DNA of 64,000 nucleotides. Source: an uncultured SAR86 cluster bacterium (GTDB taxonomy: Bacteria; Pseudomonadota; Gammaproteobacteria; Magnimaribacterales; D2472). Numbering within the stretch: position 1 is the stretch's first letter; each line of letters starts with the position of its first letter. The translations under genes were made by a program, and so were the position numbers. The DNA lies in assembly GCA_902594005.1 (NCBI GenBank), contig CACJKN010000001.1, forward strand, positions 17,700 to 81,699, written 5' to 3'. The notes under the pieces were generated by a model, which made no database searches, was not told the origin of the DNA, and was given only the letters and a program-made list of their open reading frames with translations. Shown piece after piece: positions 30,454 through 40,770 of the stretch.

Positions 30454-30506
30454 ATGATTGTTTTAGTATATATTGAAACTAATCATGTGGGTGTTAATAT
30501 AATTTT

Positions 30507-31436
30507 ATGAACAAAGTTATGGAACATCTAGGCAGTAAGTACCCAATTATTCAAGCGCCAATGGGATGGATTGCAAGAAGTAAACTTGCTTCTGCCGTCT
30601 CAAATGCAGGCGGGTTTGGAATAATAGAAACCTCATCTGGAGAGGTTGATGCTTGCAAAGAAGAAATCAAAAAAATGGCAGAGTTAACTGACAAACCTTT
30701 TGGAGTAAATCTGCCTTTATTGTTCTTAAGTGATTCGACAATGGTAGATTTTATTGTTGAACATGATGTTAATTTTGTTACAACGTCTGCTGGAGATCCA
30801 GGAAAATACATAGATGTTCTAAAATCGGCAGATATTACCGTTTACCATGCGGTTCCAAGTTTGGCTGGAGCAAAGAAAGCCTTTGAAGCTGGTGTTGATG
30901 GGTTAGTTGTAGAAGGAACCGAAGGTGGCGGTTTTAAAAGTCCTGAGGAGGTTGGTTTGTTTGTTTTAATTCAAGCAATTAAGAATGAAATTGACTTACC
31001 AATAGTAGCCGCTGGCGGAATTGTAGATGGAGTTGGGATGGCAGCTGCGTTTGCTGCCGGCGCTGAAGGCATCCAAATGGGAACAAGATTTGTTTCAAGC
31101 AAAGAGAGCCCTGTTCATAATAACTTCAAAAATACAATTGTTGGATCAGAAACAAATGGAACTTTAATTCTTAATAAAAAATCAAAGCCCTGCATACGAG
31201 CACTTAAAACAAACCTAACAAATGCAATTTATGAGAAAGGTGTTATGGAAATGTCCGAAATGATGGGCATTAAGAATTTATATTTTGATGGAGACATGGA
31301 AGCAGCTCCAGCACTTGCAGGACAATCAGTGGGTTTAATTGATAAAGTAAAGTCAGTTGAAGAAATAATTAATGAAACTATTGTTGAGTTCAATCAAACA
31401 GTTTCTAGGCTAAATGAGAGTAAATTTAATGAGTAA
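30507..31436 (+). CDS. Nitronate monooxygenase / FabK-like flavoprotein
   Basis: PIIQAPMG, KPFGVNL, VVEGTEGGG, AAGGIVDG, QMGTRF. Confidence 0.88.
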   Translation: MNKVMEHLGSKYPIIQAPMGWIARSKLASAVSNAGGFGIIETSSGEVDACKEEIKKMAELTDKPFGVNLPLLFLSDSTMVDFIVEHDVNFVTTSAGDPGKYIDVLKSADITVYHAVPSLAGAKKAFEAGVDGLVVEGTEGGGFKSPEEVGLFVLIQAIKNEIDLPIVAAGGIVDGVGMAAAFAAGAEGIQMGTRFVSSKESPVHNNFKNTIVGSETNGTLILNKKSKPCIRALKTNLTNAIYEKGVMEMSEMMGIKNLYFDGDMEAAPALAGQSVGLIDKVKSVEEIINETIVEFNQTVSRLNESKFNE

Positions 31437-31845
31437 TGAAATAAAAGATTTTTTTAAAACGTATTCAGACTTTGTCACTAAAGTAACTAGTGATCCTAGT
31501 CTTGATCTTGATGCATTAATGGAAAGATTAAAGGAGGTTGATGCTTCCTCTGATATTAAATCCGCAAGGTTGTTAACTGCTGCAATGGGCCTTGGAAGCG
31601 AGACTGGGGAATTTGTTGAGATTGTAAAGAAAATGTATCTTCAAGGTAAGCCTGCTTCAGAGGAGAACATCTTTCATATGAAAAGAGAGCTAGGCGACAT
31701 AATGTGGTATTGGGCTACAGCATGTGCAGCTCTTGATTTAGATCCACATGAGGTAATTGCTGAAAATCAAAAAAAGTTAGAGGCAAGATATGGTGAACAA
31801 TTTGAAGTGCAAAGGAGTGAGGTCAGAAAAGAAGGCGATCTTTAA
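31429..31845 (+). CDS. Single-domain MazG-like nucleoside-triphosphate pyrophosphohydrolase
   Basis: RLLTAAMGLGSETGEFVEIVKK, ELGDIMWY, NQKKLEARY. Confidence 0.85.
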   Translation: MSNEIKDFFKTYSDFVTKVTSDPSLDLDALMERLKEVDASSDIKSARLLTAAMGLGSETGEFVEIVKKMYLQGKPASEENIFHMKRELGDIMWYWATACAALDLDPHEVIAENQKKLEARYGEQFEVQRSEVRKEGDL

Positions 31846-32192
31846 TGGTTGAAAATATAGTTGCTTATATTTATTCAATTACTGGCTTAATATTTTTTAT
31901 TGCGTGGCAAATGAATTACAGCCTTACAAAATACTTTATAAAAGAGAAAAATTTTACTAAGACATTGTACTTAGAGCTCTTTTTCTTAATCATTATTATG
32001 GTTTCTTATTACCTAAGTAGCTCAGCTTTCTTTATTTTGTTATTCATAATCCATGCAGCTAATATCTTTACAATTATTTTCCTAAAAGATCAGATCTTAG
32101 ATTCTTCAGAAATTTTTGATTCGCAGATTATGGAGATAACAACAGTTTCTTATTACATAGTTGTTGGATTCTTGCTCGTGTTTTTTGCTTAA
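31845..32192 (+). CDS. Hypothetical 4-TM membrane protein
   Basis: Hydrophobic ORF with TAATG coupling to the upstream gene. Confidence 0.55.
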   Translation: MVENIVAYIYSITGLIFFIAWQMNYSLTKYFIKEKNFTKTLYLELFFLIIIMVSYYLSSSAFFILLFIIHAANIFTIIFLKDQILDSSEIFDSQIMEITTVSYYIVVGFLLVFFA

Positions 32193-33542
32193 CTATTCAA
32201 TAGCTTGAGTAATTAGATCATAAAAACCAGAGGAATAAAAATTACTATTTATGTTGGCTCCTGCAGCACGAGGTAAAGTCAAAATCCAGTTTGATTGAGA
32301 TAAATCGTTCGGAATTAATTTCATCTTCCTATCATTGGATGCATTTAGGATTGGTTCATATAGGCTAGACCTTACTACAACGATATTACGAGCAAAATCA
32401 ATCATTATATATTGCCCATCAAAACCTATTGTTGAATGAATAAAACTATTGTTTGGACAATTACCATTTTCATCATGAGTTTTTGCACAGATTTTCCAAA
32501 ACTGAAGTCCGTAACTTTCGAGATTTCTTATCCTGCTTACATAAGAATTATAACTTAAGGAATTTCCTTCCCAGATTCCTCCCAAAAGCAGCATATAACC
32601 GAACTTGGCATAATCTCTTGCTGTTGCATCCAGACAACAATATGAAAGAATGTTGCCATTTGAATGTCCAAAATTCTGAAAATCTTTCCACCAAATGGCA
32701 TTCATATTGATCTTTGAAAAAAGGTAATAGTCTGCGAAAGTTTGAGGGTCCTGCCCCGTTGCTCTAAAAATAATTTCGCCTAAAACATTAGTATCGCAAT
32801 TGGAATACTGAAAATCTCCTCTTTCATAAATTTCTGTTTCTGAAAACCATGGCTGAATAACTCCGCTTTCAGCTAAATCTCTATTTATGCAACCGGTAAG
32901 CTGATCATCTGAATAAATAATATTTCCTCCTGAAGATGAATCAACCAAGTTTGAGCAAACTTTTAATCCCTGACTATCCGAATCAAAACACATTGGCGTT
33001 AATCCTGATCTCATATCTAGTATATCTTTAATTGTGATGCTTGCCCTGTCATCATTTGCCCATTCTGAAATATATATTGAGGCTGAATCATTAATTGAAG
33101 AAATAAACCCCTCTGATTCTGCTATTCCAATTAAGAAGCTTGCAAAAGATTTTGCGCTTGACCATGACGAAGAGTAGCTTGACTGATCTCTATCACCAAA
33201 TTGAAGTTGGAGTAGTTCAGCATCAATTCCTGTTAGGTTTGATAAATTTGTTTTCTCTCCTTCTAAGATGCCTCTATATCTCTCATAAACCAACTTTCCA
33301 TCTTTAATCACTATTGCTGATTGGGTGAAAGTTCCATCTGCAAAAGCAGAATCAAAGGCTTCTTTTAGTTTGTTCTCGTTCATGCTTACGGAGCTTGGAG
33401 AGACAACCTCCCAAACTAACGGATGCACAGGTGAGGAAGAAGATACAGGCAAATCATAGCTAGGAGAGCTAGATCCTCCACTACAAGAAACAATAAAAAA
33501 TATTATAAAAGTTAACGTAAAAAGATTAGTTATCTTTCTCAT
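32193..33542 (-). CDS. Serine hydrolase, beta-lactamase (class C)-like family lipoprotein
   Basis: SWSSAKS (SxxK), MRSGL, FQYSN, ARDYAKFG, IGFDGQYI; lipobox IVSC. Confidence 0.85.
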   Translation of the reverse strand: MRKITNLFTLTFIIFFIVSCSGGSSSPSYDLPVSSSSPVHPLVWEVVSPSSVSMNENKLKEAFDSAFADGTFTQSAIVIKDGKLVYERYRGILEGEKTNLSNLTGIDAELLQLQFGDRDQSSYSSSWSSAKSFASFLIGIAESEGFISSINDSASIYISEWANDDRASITIKDILDMRSGLTPMCFDSDSQGLKVCSNLVDSSSGGNIIYSDDQLTGCINRDLAESGVIQPWFSETEIYERGDFQYSNCDTNVLGEIIFRATGQDPQTFADYYLFSKINMNAIWWKDFQNFGHSNGNILSYCCLDATARDYAKFGYMLLLGGIWEGNSLSYNSYVSRIRNLESYGLQFWKICAKTHDENGNCPNNSFIHSTIGFDGQYIMIDFARNIVVVRSSLYEPILNASNDRKMKLIPNDLSQSNWILTLPRAAGANINSNFYSSGFYDLITQAIE

Positions 33543-34398
33543 CTAAACGTTTTAGTAAACTTGAGGTATCAAGTCTGCCTGCCCCCATGTTTTGTAATTC
33601 TTTGTAATATGATTTTATCACCTCAGTTGTAGAAATGTTGGCACCAATCTTTTTTGAGAACTTTGAAACTATTTCAAGGTCTTTAACCATTAAATCTACT
33701 GCAAAACCAAAGTCATATTCATCATCAATCATTGACTCCCATCTGTTTTCCATTTGCCAAGATTGTGCTGCGCCTCTTGAAATGACATCTAAAACTTCTT
33801 TTGATGAGATGCCAGACTTTTTAGCAAAGCTAGCTGCCTCGGCTAAAGCCTGAATTAGTCCAGCGATACATATTTGATTAATCATTTTTGTTAATTGTCC
33901 ATTACCTGATGGCCCCATATATTTGTGGAAAGCTGAATAACAATCAAGAATTGGAGATATTTGTTTGTAAGCTGAGTTGTCTCCCCCTATCATAACTGAG
34001 AGTGAGCCATTTTGTGCTCCAGCCTCACCCCCTGAGACAGGGGCATCCAAAAAAATAGAATCTTTTTTTAAAATCTCTTTGCTTATTAAAGTCGCCGTAT
34101 CAACAGAGGTTGTTGAATGATCAACTACTATGGTTCCCTCATTTATATGTTCCAAGATTCCATCACTACCTAAAACAACTTCTTCAATATCTCTATCTTC
34201 ACTGAGGCATAGAAAGATTACCTTAGATTTTAAAGCAAGGTCTTTTACAGATTCACATGTCTCCCCTTCAAATTCGGAAGTCCATTTTTGTGATTTGTTT
34301 GTTGTTCTATTAAATACTAGAGTTTGGTAAGATTTTGATATGTGGCCTGCAATCGGAAATCCCATAGTCCCAAGACCTATAAATCCAACTTTTAGCAT
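33526..34398 (-). CDS. NAD(P)-dependent beta-hydroxyacid dehydrogenase (3-hydroxyisobutyrate/tartronate semialdehyde reductase family)
   Basis: GFIGLGTMG, FLDAPVSGG, GQLTKMINQ. Confidence 0.9.
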   Translation of the reverse strand: MLKVGFIGLGTMGFPIAGHISKSYQTLVFNRTTNKSQKWTSEFEGETCESVKDLALKSKVIFLCLSEDRDIEEVVLGSDGILEHINEGTIVVDHSTTSVDTATLISKEILKKDSIFLDAPVSGGEAGAQNGSLSVMIGGDNSAYKQISPILDCYSAFHKYMGPSGNGQLTKMINQICIAGLIQALAEAASFAKKSGISSKEVLDVISRGAAQSWQMENRWESMIDDEYDFGFAVDLMVKDLEIVSKFSKKIGANISTTEVIKSYYKELQNMGAGRLDTSSLLKRLDEKDN

Positions 34399-34402
34399 CT
34401 AG

Positions 34403-35050
34403 TTATCTTTCTTTAAGTCCGTTTTCTTTGAGAGTTTTCATTATTTTATCAAATTGGTCCTGCCCGAAAAAATGCTTGTCTCCAATAACCGTTAAAGGGA
34501 CGCCATGATGTCCTGCATTCAATTGATCAACCTGGTTTTGTTTTATTTGTCCAATGATTTCTTCTTCATGGACGTTTATGCTATCCCTTAGTTGATTTAG
34601 ATCTAGCCCAACCTTCTTGGCAGCTTCTGATAGATTTTCATCAGTATTCCAGTTCTCAACTCCTCCGAAGATTAAGCTTGATACCTCAAAAGCAAACTCC
34701 ATACCAACACCTTTCATTTGTGCCATTTGTCCTAAATGACAAATATCAAATATATAAGGTTGATGGCTTGATATTTTCCCAGTCATAATATTTTGTCTAA
34801 TAGGGTCTGGTTTGAGCTTTGATGTAAAAGGGATACCGAGCTTTTTTGCTTGTAGCCTCATATCTATCATTTTAAAAAAGAAAAATGTAAAAAAATTCTT
34901 ACCTTCAAACCACTCAGGCATTCTGATGGCTATTGGATAAACAACCTTAAAGTTTATTTCAATATCATACTTTTCTTTAAGCTTAAGCATTCTAGGGAGT
35001 ATCAAATATGAATAGGGACTTCTATATGAAAAATATAGATCTATTTTCAT
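34403..35050 (-). CDS. DsbA / 2-hydroxychromene-2-carboxylate isomerase (GST-kappa-like) family
   Basis: YFSYRSPYSYL, GHHGVP, FFGQD. Confidence 0.82.
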   Translation of the reverse strand: MKIDLYFSYRSPYSYLILPRMLKLKEKYDIEINFKVVYPIAIRMPEWFEGKNFFTFFFFKMIDMRLQAKKLGIPFTSKLKPDPIRQNIMTGKISSHQPYIFDICHLGQMAQMKGVGMEFAFEVSSLIFGGVENWNTDENLSEAAKKVGLDLNQLRDSINVHEEEIIGQIKQNQVDQLNAGHHGVPLTVIGDKHFFGQDQFDKIMKTLKENGLKER

Positions 35051-36024
35051 GAGATTTTTGCTTTATTATTAAAATCTGAAGTAGCCTCACTAAACTCAGC
35101 TCTTATTCTTTCAACTAAAGATTCAACAGTTGGAGCGTCCTCTATGAGACCAATTCCCTGACCAGACCCCCAAATATCTTTCCATGCCTTCGAATCTGTA
35201 TTCCCACCAGAGCCGAAGTTCATTGCAGATTTATCTGCAGTTGGAAGATTATCTGGATCAAGACCAGCATTTTGAATAGAAGGTTTAAGGTAGTTCCCTA
35301 GGACACCAGTAAATAAGTTTGAATACACGATATCGTTAGCGGAGCTTTCAATTAACATCTGTTTATATTCTGGCTCAGCATTTGCTTCATGTGTTGCAAT
35401 AAATCTTGTGCCTAGATAAGCAAAATCAGCACCGAGTGCCAGCGCAGATGCAACGGAATAACCGTCTCCTATGGAGCCTGACAAAATAATAGTTCCATCG
35501 AACCAAGATTTTACTTCTCTTAGAAGAGCAAAAGGAGATAATGCCCCTGCATGACCTCCTGCTCCAGCGCAAACTAAAATTAAGCCATCGACGCCCATAT
35601 CAGCAGCTTTTTTTGCATGCCTTACATTAATAACGTCGTGAAAAACCAAACCTCCATAACTATGGGCTGCCTCAACAACTTCTGCGGGTGGTCTCAATGA
35701 AGTAATGATTATTGGCACTTCATGCTTTACGCAAATCTCCATATCGCCTTGTAATCTATCGTTTGATCCATGGCAGATTTGGTTTACTGCAAAGGGTGCT
35801 ACCTTTTTGTCCGGATTTTGTTCTTGGTACTCTTTTAATTCTGTTTTAATTCTTACAATCCATTCCTCTAGCACATGCTGTGGTCGTGCGTTAAGTGCTG
35901 GAAAAGATCCAATTATCCCAGCTTTACATTGTGCAATTACCAAATCGGGAACAGAGATAAGAAACAAAGGCGCTCCAATGACAGGTATAGAAATATTATC
36001 TTTTATTGAATCTGGTATAGGCAT
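35047..36024 (-). CDS. Nitronate monooxygenase family flavoprotein (second paralog)
   Basis: PVIGAPLF, FPALNAR, GAGGHAG, AYLGTRFIAT, WKDIWGSGQG. Confidence 0.88.
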   Translation of the reverse strand: MPIPDSIKDNISIPVIGAPLFLISVPDLVIAQCKAGIIGSFPALNARPQHVLEEWIVRIKTELKEYQEQNPDKKVAPFAVNQICHGSNDRLQGDMEICVKHEVPIIITSLRPPAEVVEAAHSYGGLVFHDVINVRHAKKAADMGVDGLILVCAGAGGHAGALSPFALLREVKSWFDGTIILSGSIGDGYSVASALALGADFAYLGTRFIATHEANAEPEYKQMLIESSANDIVYSNLFTGVLGNYLKPSIQNAGLDPDNLPTADKSAMNFGSGGNTDSKAWKDIWGSGQGIGLIEDAPTVESLVERIRAEFSEATSDFNNKAKIS

Positions 36025-36069
36025 ATAAGCTCCTAAGTAATAGAATTAAAAAACTTAATATACCAGTAA

Positions 36070-36702
36070 ATGAATAACCGTTTTAATCTATTTTTAATTT
36101 TTTTTTCTATTCTCCTATCTTCTTGCTCGCAGGAAAAAGAAAATCAAACATGCTTAGTATATGAAAGCCAAGAAGAAGAATTTGCTTATGTCCAGATTGT
36201 TGGAGAAAAAGATATTAATTTAGATTTTTCTTCGTTCATAGCTACCTACCAAACTAGAGGAGAGTTTAGTGGCTCTTTAGGAGATCTTGCTGAACACGAG
36301 GGCTTGGATTTATTCAATATTGATAAAGATTTATCTGATATACCCATACAAACAATAGCTAAAGGAGTTGTCGTTTATGCAAGGACTGGGTGTCCATCAA
36401 GTACACAGTTTTCGGATAATACAATGTTGCGGGAGTGTGGTGCAGGCTGGGGCAATCATTTAGTAATAGATCATGGAGATAATATTTACTCAAGATATGG
36501 TCACATGAGGTTTGATGGAGTTTATAAAAGAGTTGGGGATAAAGTTAATAAAGATGAAATTATTGGGCTGATGGGCAACTCTGGAAGAAGTGAGGGAAGA
36601 CATCTCCATCTAGAAATAGGATATTATTCAGGTGATTTTGATAGCTGTGAGCCTTCTAAGTCTTTTGACTTTGTTGTTAATCCAGCTGCTTATGGATTTT
36701 AG
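36070..36702 (+). CDS. M23 family metallopeptidase lipoprotein
   Basis: HEGLD, WGNHLVIDH, YGHM, GNSGRSEGRHLHLE. Confidence 0.85.
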   Translation: MNNRFNLFLIFFSILLSSCSQEKENQTCLVYESQEEEFAYVQIVGEKDINLDFSSFIATYQTRGEFSGSLGDLAEHEGLDLFNIDKDLSDIPIQTIAKGVVVYARTGCPSSTQFSDNTMLRECGAGWGNHLVIDHGDNIYSRYGHMRFDGVYKRVGDKVNKDEIIGLMGNSGRSEGRHLHLEIGYYSGDFDSCEPSKSFDFVVNPAAYGF

Positions 36703-37991
36703 TTGTTGCTTGCGTAATCTAGAGCTAAATAAACCATTGCTTTAACTCCTTCATCTAAAGCTCGATCATCTATTTTAAAGAATGGAGTGTGATTTCCAGG
36801 AGCTACATCAACACCTGGCTCGTTTACACCTAACCAAAAATACATACCTGGTATTTGTTGAGAAAAGAAAGAAAAATCCTCAGCGCCTGTAGTAGGTTTA
36901 TCAAGAATAAAAAATTTCCCATCAGCAGCTTCTGACAACGTCTGCGAATATTTATTTGTTAATTCTACGTTGTTAAAAGTGACTGGATAAAAACCTCCGA
37001 CATCAAACTCTACATCAACCTTTGTTCCAGTTCCTTCTGCAACTCCTCGAGCTATCTGCCTAATCTCATCATAAATCTCTGCACGCAAGTCTGGATCAAA
37101 TGTTCTGATCGTTCCTGTAATTTGTGATTTATCAGGGATAATATTGTTCCTAGTTCCAGCTTGAACCATTCCTACTGAAATTACTGCAGGATTGTTAATG
37201 ATATTTATTCTTCTACTTACAACTGTATTTAATGATTCAATTAATTGTGCTGTAGCCATAATTGGATCGATGCTATCCCATGGCCTTGATCCATGCGCTT
37301 GAACGCCATTAACAGTGATTCTGTAAGAAGATGCAGCGGCCATTGCTGGTCCAGGCAGGACACCAAGATGACCATGTCGTGAATTAGTGACATGAAGTCC
37401 GAATATTACTTCAGGCTTATATCTATCAAATATTCCCTCAGCAAGCATAAGTTCAGCTCCACCGCCCTCACCCTCAGGTGCACCCTCTTCAGCTGGCTGA
37501 AATATAAGCATTATATTTCCTTTTAGATTCTTTTTATTTTTAGCAAGAAACTCAGCAGCTCCCATCAAGATAGCAACATGAGCATCATGACCACATGCAT
37601 GCATAACTCCGACATCTTGACCTAAATATGTTGTTCTTTGCTTCGATGCGAATGGCAGTCCCGTTTGCTCAGTAACCGGAAGTGCGTCCATATCTGCTCT
37701 TAGGGCTATTGTTGGTCCAGGTTTGCCGCCTCTTATTAATCCAACAACTCCGGTGTAAGCAATTCCAGTTTCCACCTCTACGCCAAGGGATACTAAGTGC
37801 TCAGCAACTTTTTTTGAAGTTCTAAACTCTCTATTGCCTAGCTCGGGAAACTCATGGATATCATGACGCCATTCAATAACTTTTTCCATTAAAGGATCTA
37901 AATCAGCTTGAAGTTTCTCTTTAAGGTCTTGAGCAGCCAAAAACCCCGAGATGAGAATTGTTGGTATAAATAAATATTTCGTTATTTGCAT
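36699..37991 (-). CDS. M20 family amidohydrolase
   Basis: HEFPELGNRE, ALRADMDALP, MHACGHDAH, FQPAEEG, GAEDF. Confidence 0.92.
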   Translation of the reverse strand: MQITKYLFIPTILISGFLAAQDLKEKLQADLDPLMEKVIEWRHDIHEFPELGNREFRTSKKVAEHLVSLGVEVETGIAYTGVVGLIRGGKPGPTIALRADMDALPVTEQTGLPFASKQRTTYLGQDVGVMHACGHDAHVAILMGAAEFLAKNKKNLKGNIMLIFQPAEEGAPEGEGGGAELMLAEGIFDRYKPEVIFGLHVTNSRHGHLGVLPGPAMAAASSYRITVNGVQAHGSRPWDSIDPIMATAQLIESLNTVVSRRINIINNPAVISVGMVQAGTRNNIIPDKSQITGTIRTFDPDLRAEIYDEIRQIARGVAEGTGTKVDVEFDVGGFYPVTFNNVELTNKYSQTLSEAADGKFFILDKPTTGAEDFSFFSQQIPGMYFWLGVNEPGVDVAPGNHTPFFKIDDRALDEGVKAMVYLALDYASNN

Positions 37992-38054
37992 ACTTAAAAG
38001 TTTACAAAAAAGGTTTTGGATTGTCATTTTTATGACGACTTGGTATTGAAGTCA

Positions 38055-38744
38055 CTAATCTAGATTAATGTTATCTGCTACCCAACTAATTGACCAAAGA
38101 TGTCCTAATCTTTTTCCTCTATATTGACGTGGAAGCCTAACAACGCTGGATTCTTTAAAATCTATTAACTGAGGATCATAATCAAAGCTATTAAAAGCAT
38201 AATCTAGTTTTTTAATCGTTCTCCATTGGTAGTAGGAAACATTATTATTTTTTGATGTTGGATGTTCATAGCCGCAATATTTTTTTAAGTCACTACTACC
38301 TAAAGGTGCGGCTATAACATGTATCTCTGTTTCTATAGCCTCTATCTCATTTAGTAATAATGAAGAAAGTATGCCTCCATAACTATGTCCCAGAATTGTA
38401 ATCTTTTCGATATCTTTCATTGCTGATATTTCTTTCATAAGGATTAGAATGGTTTTTTGTGGACATTTTGTTGTATCCCATCGAAAAAAATAAGTCTTTG
38501 TAACTTCACTATCTATGGTCTGAAGTGGATAGATCCATTCAAATCCTCTGCTATCCCGGCCATGGATGCTAATCAGGATTTCTTTGCCTATTTGGCTGGC
38601 TTCAAGATCATGAAGACCAAAATCGAGATCCATAAGCTTCTGACCAGATTTAAGATATTCCTTATCAGGGTCTAGCTCATAAAGATTTAAAGAAAGTAAT
38701 TCTAATGGAGTTATTAAAAGGGCAAACAAAAGATAAAACTTCAT
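38055..38744 (-). CDS. Exported alpha/beta hydrolase
   Basis: IHG, GHSYGG nucleophile elbow, C-terminal His (LGHLW). Confidence 0.7.
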   Translation of the reverse strand: MKFYLLFALLITPLELLSLNLYELDPDKEYLKSGQKLMDLDFGLHDLEASQIGKEILISIHGRDSRGFEWIYPLQTIDSEVTKTYFFRWDTTKCPQKTILILMKEISAMKDIEKITILGHSYGGILSSLLLNEIEAIETEIHVIAAPLGSSDLKKYCGYEHPTSKNNNVSYYQWRTIKKLDYAFNSFDYDPQLIDFKESSVVRLPRQYRGKRLGHLWSISWVADNINLD

Positions 38745-38750
38745 AATCTT

Positions 38751-39827
38751 TTATTCTTCAACAAAACCTTGCCATCTCTGCATATATTTTATGAAGGTTT
38801 CACTTAGGCCTTCTTGGGTCAGATGCTCTTTAGAAACGGGTAGCTCTATTGGTTCAAACCTTTCATCTGCTATCACTCTCCTGGGGAAGTCATGATGAAG
38901 TATGCCAGCTCTTCCGACTGTTACAAAATCAACATCCTTTTCTAATATTTTCATTACACTTTCGCCTGATCTTATGTTGCCGGCTACTGTAAGCATTGTG
39001 TTGCCAAAATCCATGTCTGTGAAATGCTGTAATAAATTTTTTCCTTTATATTCTTCTTCATTTGGGTCTTTAAATGAATCCCAAAGTGACATATCTAAGA
39101 AATCAATATTATTTAAGGCAATAAGCTCCTGACATACCTCTTTTATCTCTCCAAGCTTTAATCCAAATCCTTCTGGTGAAAGTCGAACCCCTAGAACAAA
39201 ATCTTTGCCACAGTTATTTCTTATGCCCTCAACTATCTCAAAAATAATCCTCGATCTATTTTCATTAGAGCCACCGTATTCATCCTGACGTCTATTAATT
39301 TCGGATGATAAAAATTGAGAAAGTATATAACCATGAGCTCCGTGTATTTCAACTCCTTGATAGCCAGATTTTTTAGCCCTGACCGCTGCAGCTATAAAGT
39401 CTTCTCGAAGTTGTATAACTTCTTCAAAAGATAAACTTCTTGCGCCTGTATTGCTGTCATCTGATGGGCATACAGGTTGAGTATTTATAAGGTCTTTCGG
39501 TGAACGCATTCCGGCATGATGTAGTTGAGCAATTGCTAAGCTTTCATGCTTTTTAATTTTGGAGGTAAGCTTTGTTAAACCATCGATATGCTTGTCATCA
39601 AAAATTCCAAGCTGTCCAGGAAATCCTTTGCCTATATCTTGAACATGAGATGCACAAGACATAGTTATACCAAAGCCACCTTCTGCCCTCTTTGTCAGCC
39701 AATGATATTCATCATCCGAAAGCACTCCATCTTCATGGCTTTGTGTATTAGTGAGGGGCGCAAGCATAAATCTATTTTTCATTTGATGACCAGAAGCAAA
39801 AGTTAACTTGTCATTGAGTGATTTCAT
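38751..39827 (-). CDS. NADH:flavin oxidoreductase (Old Yellow Enzyme family)
   Basis: KNRFMLAPLT, QLHHAG, GVEIHGAHGYILSQFLS, DEYGGS. Confidence 0.92.
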   Translation of the reverse strand: MKSLNDKLTFASGHQMKNRFMLAPLTNTQSHEDGVLSDDEYHWLTKRAEGGFGITMSCASHVQDIGKGFPGQLGIFDDKHIDGLTKLTSKIKKHESLAIAQLHHAGMRSPKDLINTQPVCPSDDSNTGARSLSFEEVIQLREDFIAAAVRAKKSGYQGVEIHGAHGYILSQFLSSEINRRQDEYGGSNENRSRIIFEIVEGIRNNCGKDFVLGVRLSPEGFGLKLGEIKEVCQELIALNNIDFLDMSLWDSFKDPNEEEYKGKNLLQHFTDMDFGNTMLTVAGNIRSGESVMKILEKDVDFVTVGRAGILHHDFPRRVIADERFEPIELPVSKEHLTQEGLSETFIKYMQRWQGFVEE

Positions 39828-40762
39828 GTCAGTCTTAGGCTCCTAAAATAAAAGAAGAAAAATAATGTAGCTATTGAGGAAAGAATATGCCACAAAGCAT
39901 GTGCCTGCACTAAAGAGTCTGGATTACAGAAGTCCGTTTCAGGATAGCCCTGAAGCCAAATTACAAAGGCTGTCAGATACGTAAACATTCCGAACCAAAA
40001 CCATCGAAATCTAGTCTTTCTCATGAGTGATTTCTTATTAATAAATATTGCTGGTATCCAAAATAAGATAGTCCACCAGTACTCGCTAAGATTTGCAAAA
40101 ATCTCACTGGGGAAGACCCCAAAGACTGCTGCAACAAGAAAGCCTATAAAACCTGATAACAATCTAAGTAGTGGTGAATAAAAGTGCTGCAATGATTCCG
40201 TAATTACCCATAAAGCTATTGATAAAAACCATAAATTTAGACCAATGCCAAGGTCATTTCCAAAATTCCAACTTATCAATGCATAAATTGTGATGTAAGA
40301 GACATAAGTCTTCGCAAAAACATTTTCTGAATAATCCTTAATTACAAAAATGTTTACAAGCCAGGGAATTGAAATAAACATGATCATGCTTAACCAATCA
40401 GCCCACTGCCCCCATGCAGTATGAGTTCCATGCATAAGCAGTGATCCTGGACCCAAAAATAACGCAGCGGTTGCAAATATTATGGCCGTTGGTGAAGCGC
40501 CATGAAATCTTGATTTGCCTCTCGACTCTCTTGATAGAATCCAGAACATTATTAGACCGGTAGTAATAAATCCTATATTTGAAAGAGCATTACTTGGCTC
40601 CCGAAAGTAACCACCACTGATCCTCTCACACCATCGTGAAACATCATTAATGCTATAGCCTGGCTCTACAGATAGAAAGCTCCCCGTTTGAGCCAATAAA
40701 AGATAGACAACAAAAAAAAGAATGGAAGCAGTCAGTGGTATGAGAAAAACTTTTTTATTCAT
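39824..40762 (-). CDS. Ceramidase-domain (CREST superfamily) membrane hydrolase
   Basis: WCE...EPSNALSN, GSLLMH (SxxxH), W..D, QAHALWH. Confidence 0.75.
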   Translation of the reverse strand: MNKKVFLIPLTASILFFVVYLLLAQTGSFLSVEPGYSINDVSRWCERISGGYFREPSNALSNIGFITTGLIMFWILSRESRGKSRFHGASPTAIIFATAALFLGPGSLLMHGTHTAWGQWADWLSMIMFISIPWLVNIFVIKDYSENVFAKTYVSYITIYALISWNFGNDLGIGLNLWFLSIALWVITESLQHFYSPLLRLLSGFIGFLVAAVFGVFPSEIFANLSEYWWTILFWIPAIFINKKSLMRKTRFRWFWFGMFTYLTAFVIWLQGYPETDFCNPDSLVQAHALWHILSSIATLFFFFYFRSLRLT

Positions 40763-40770
40763 TAAAAAAC

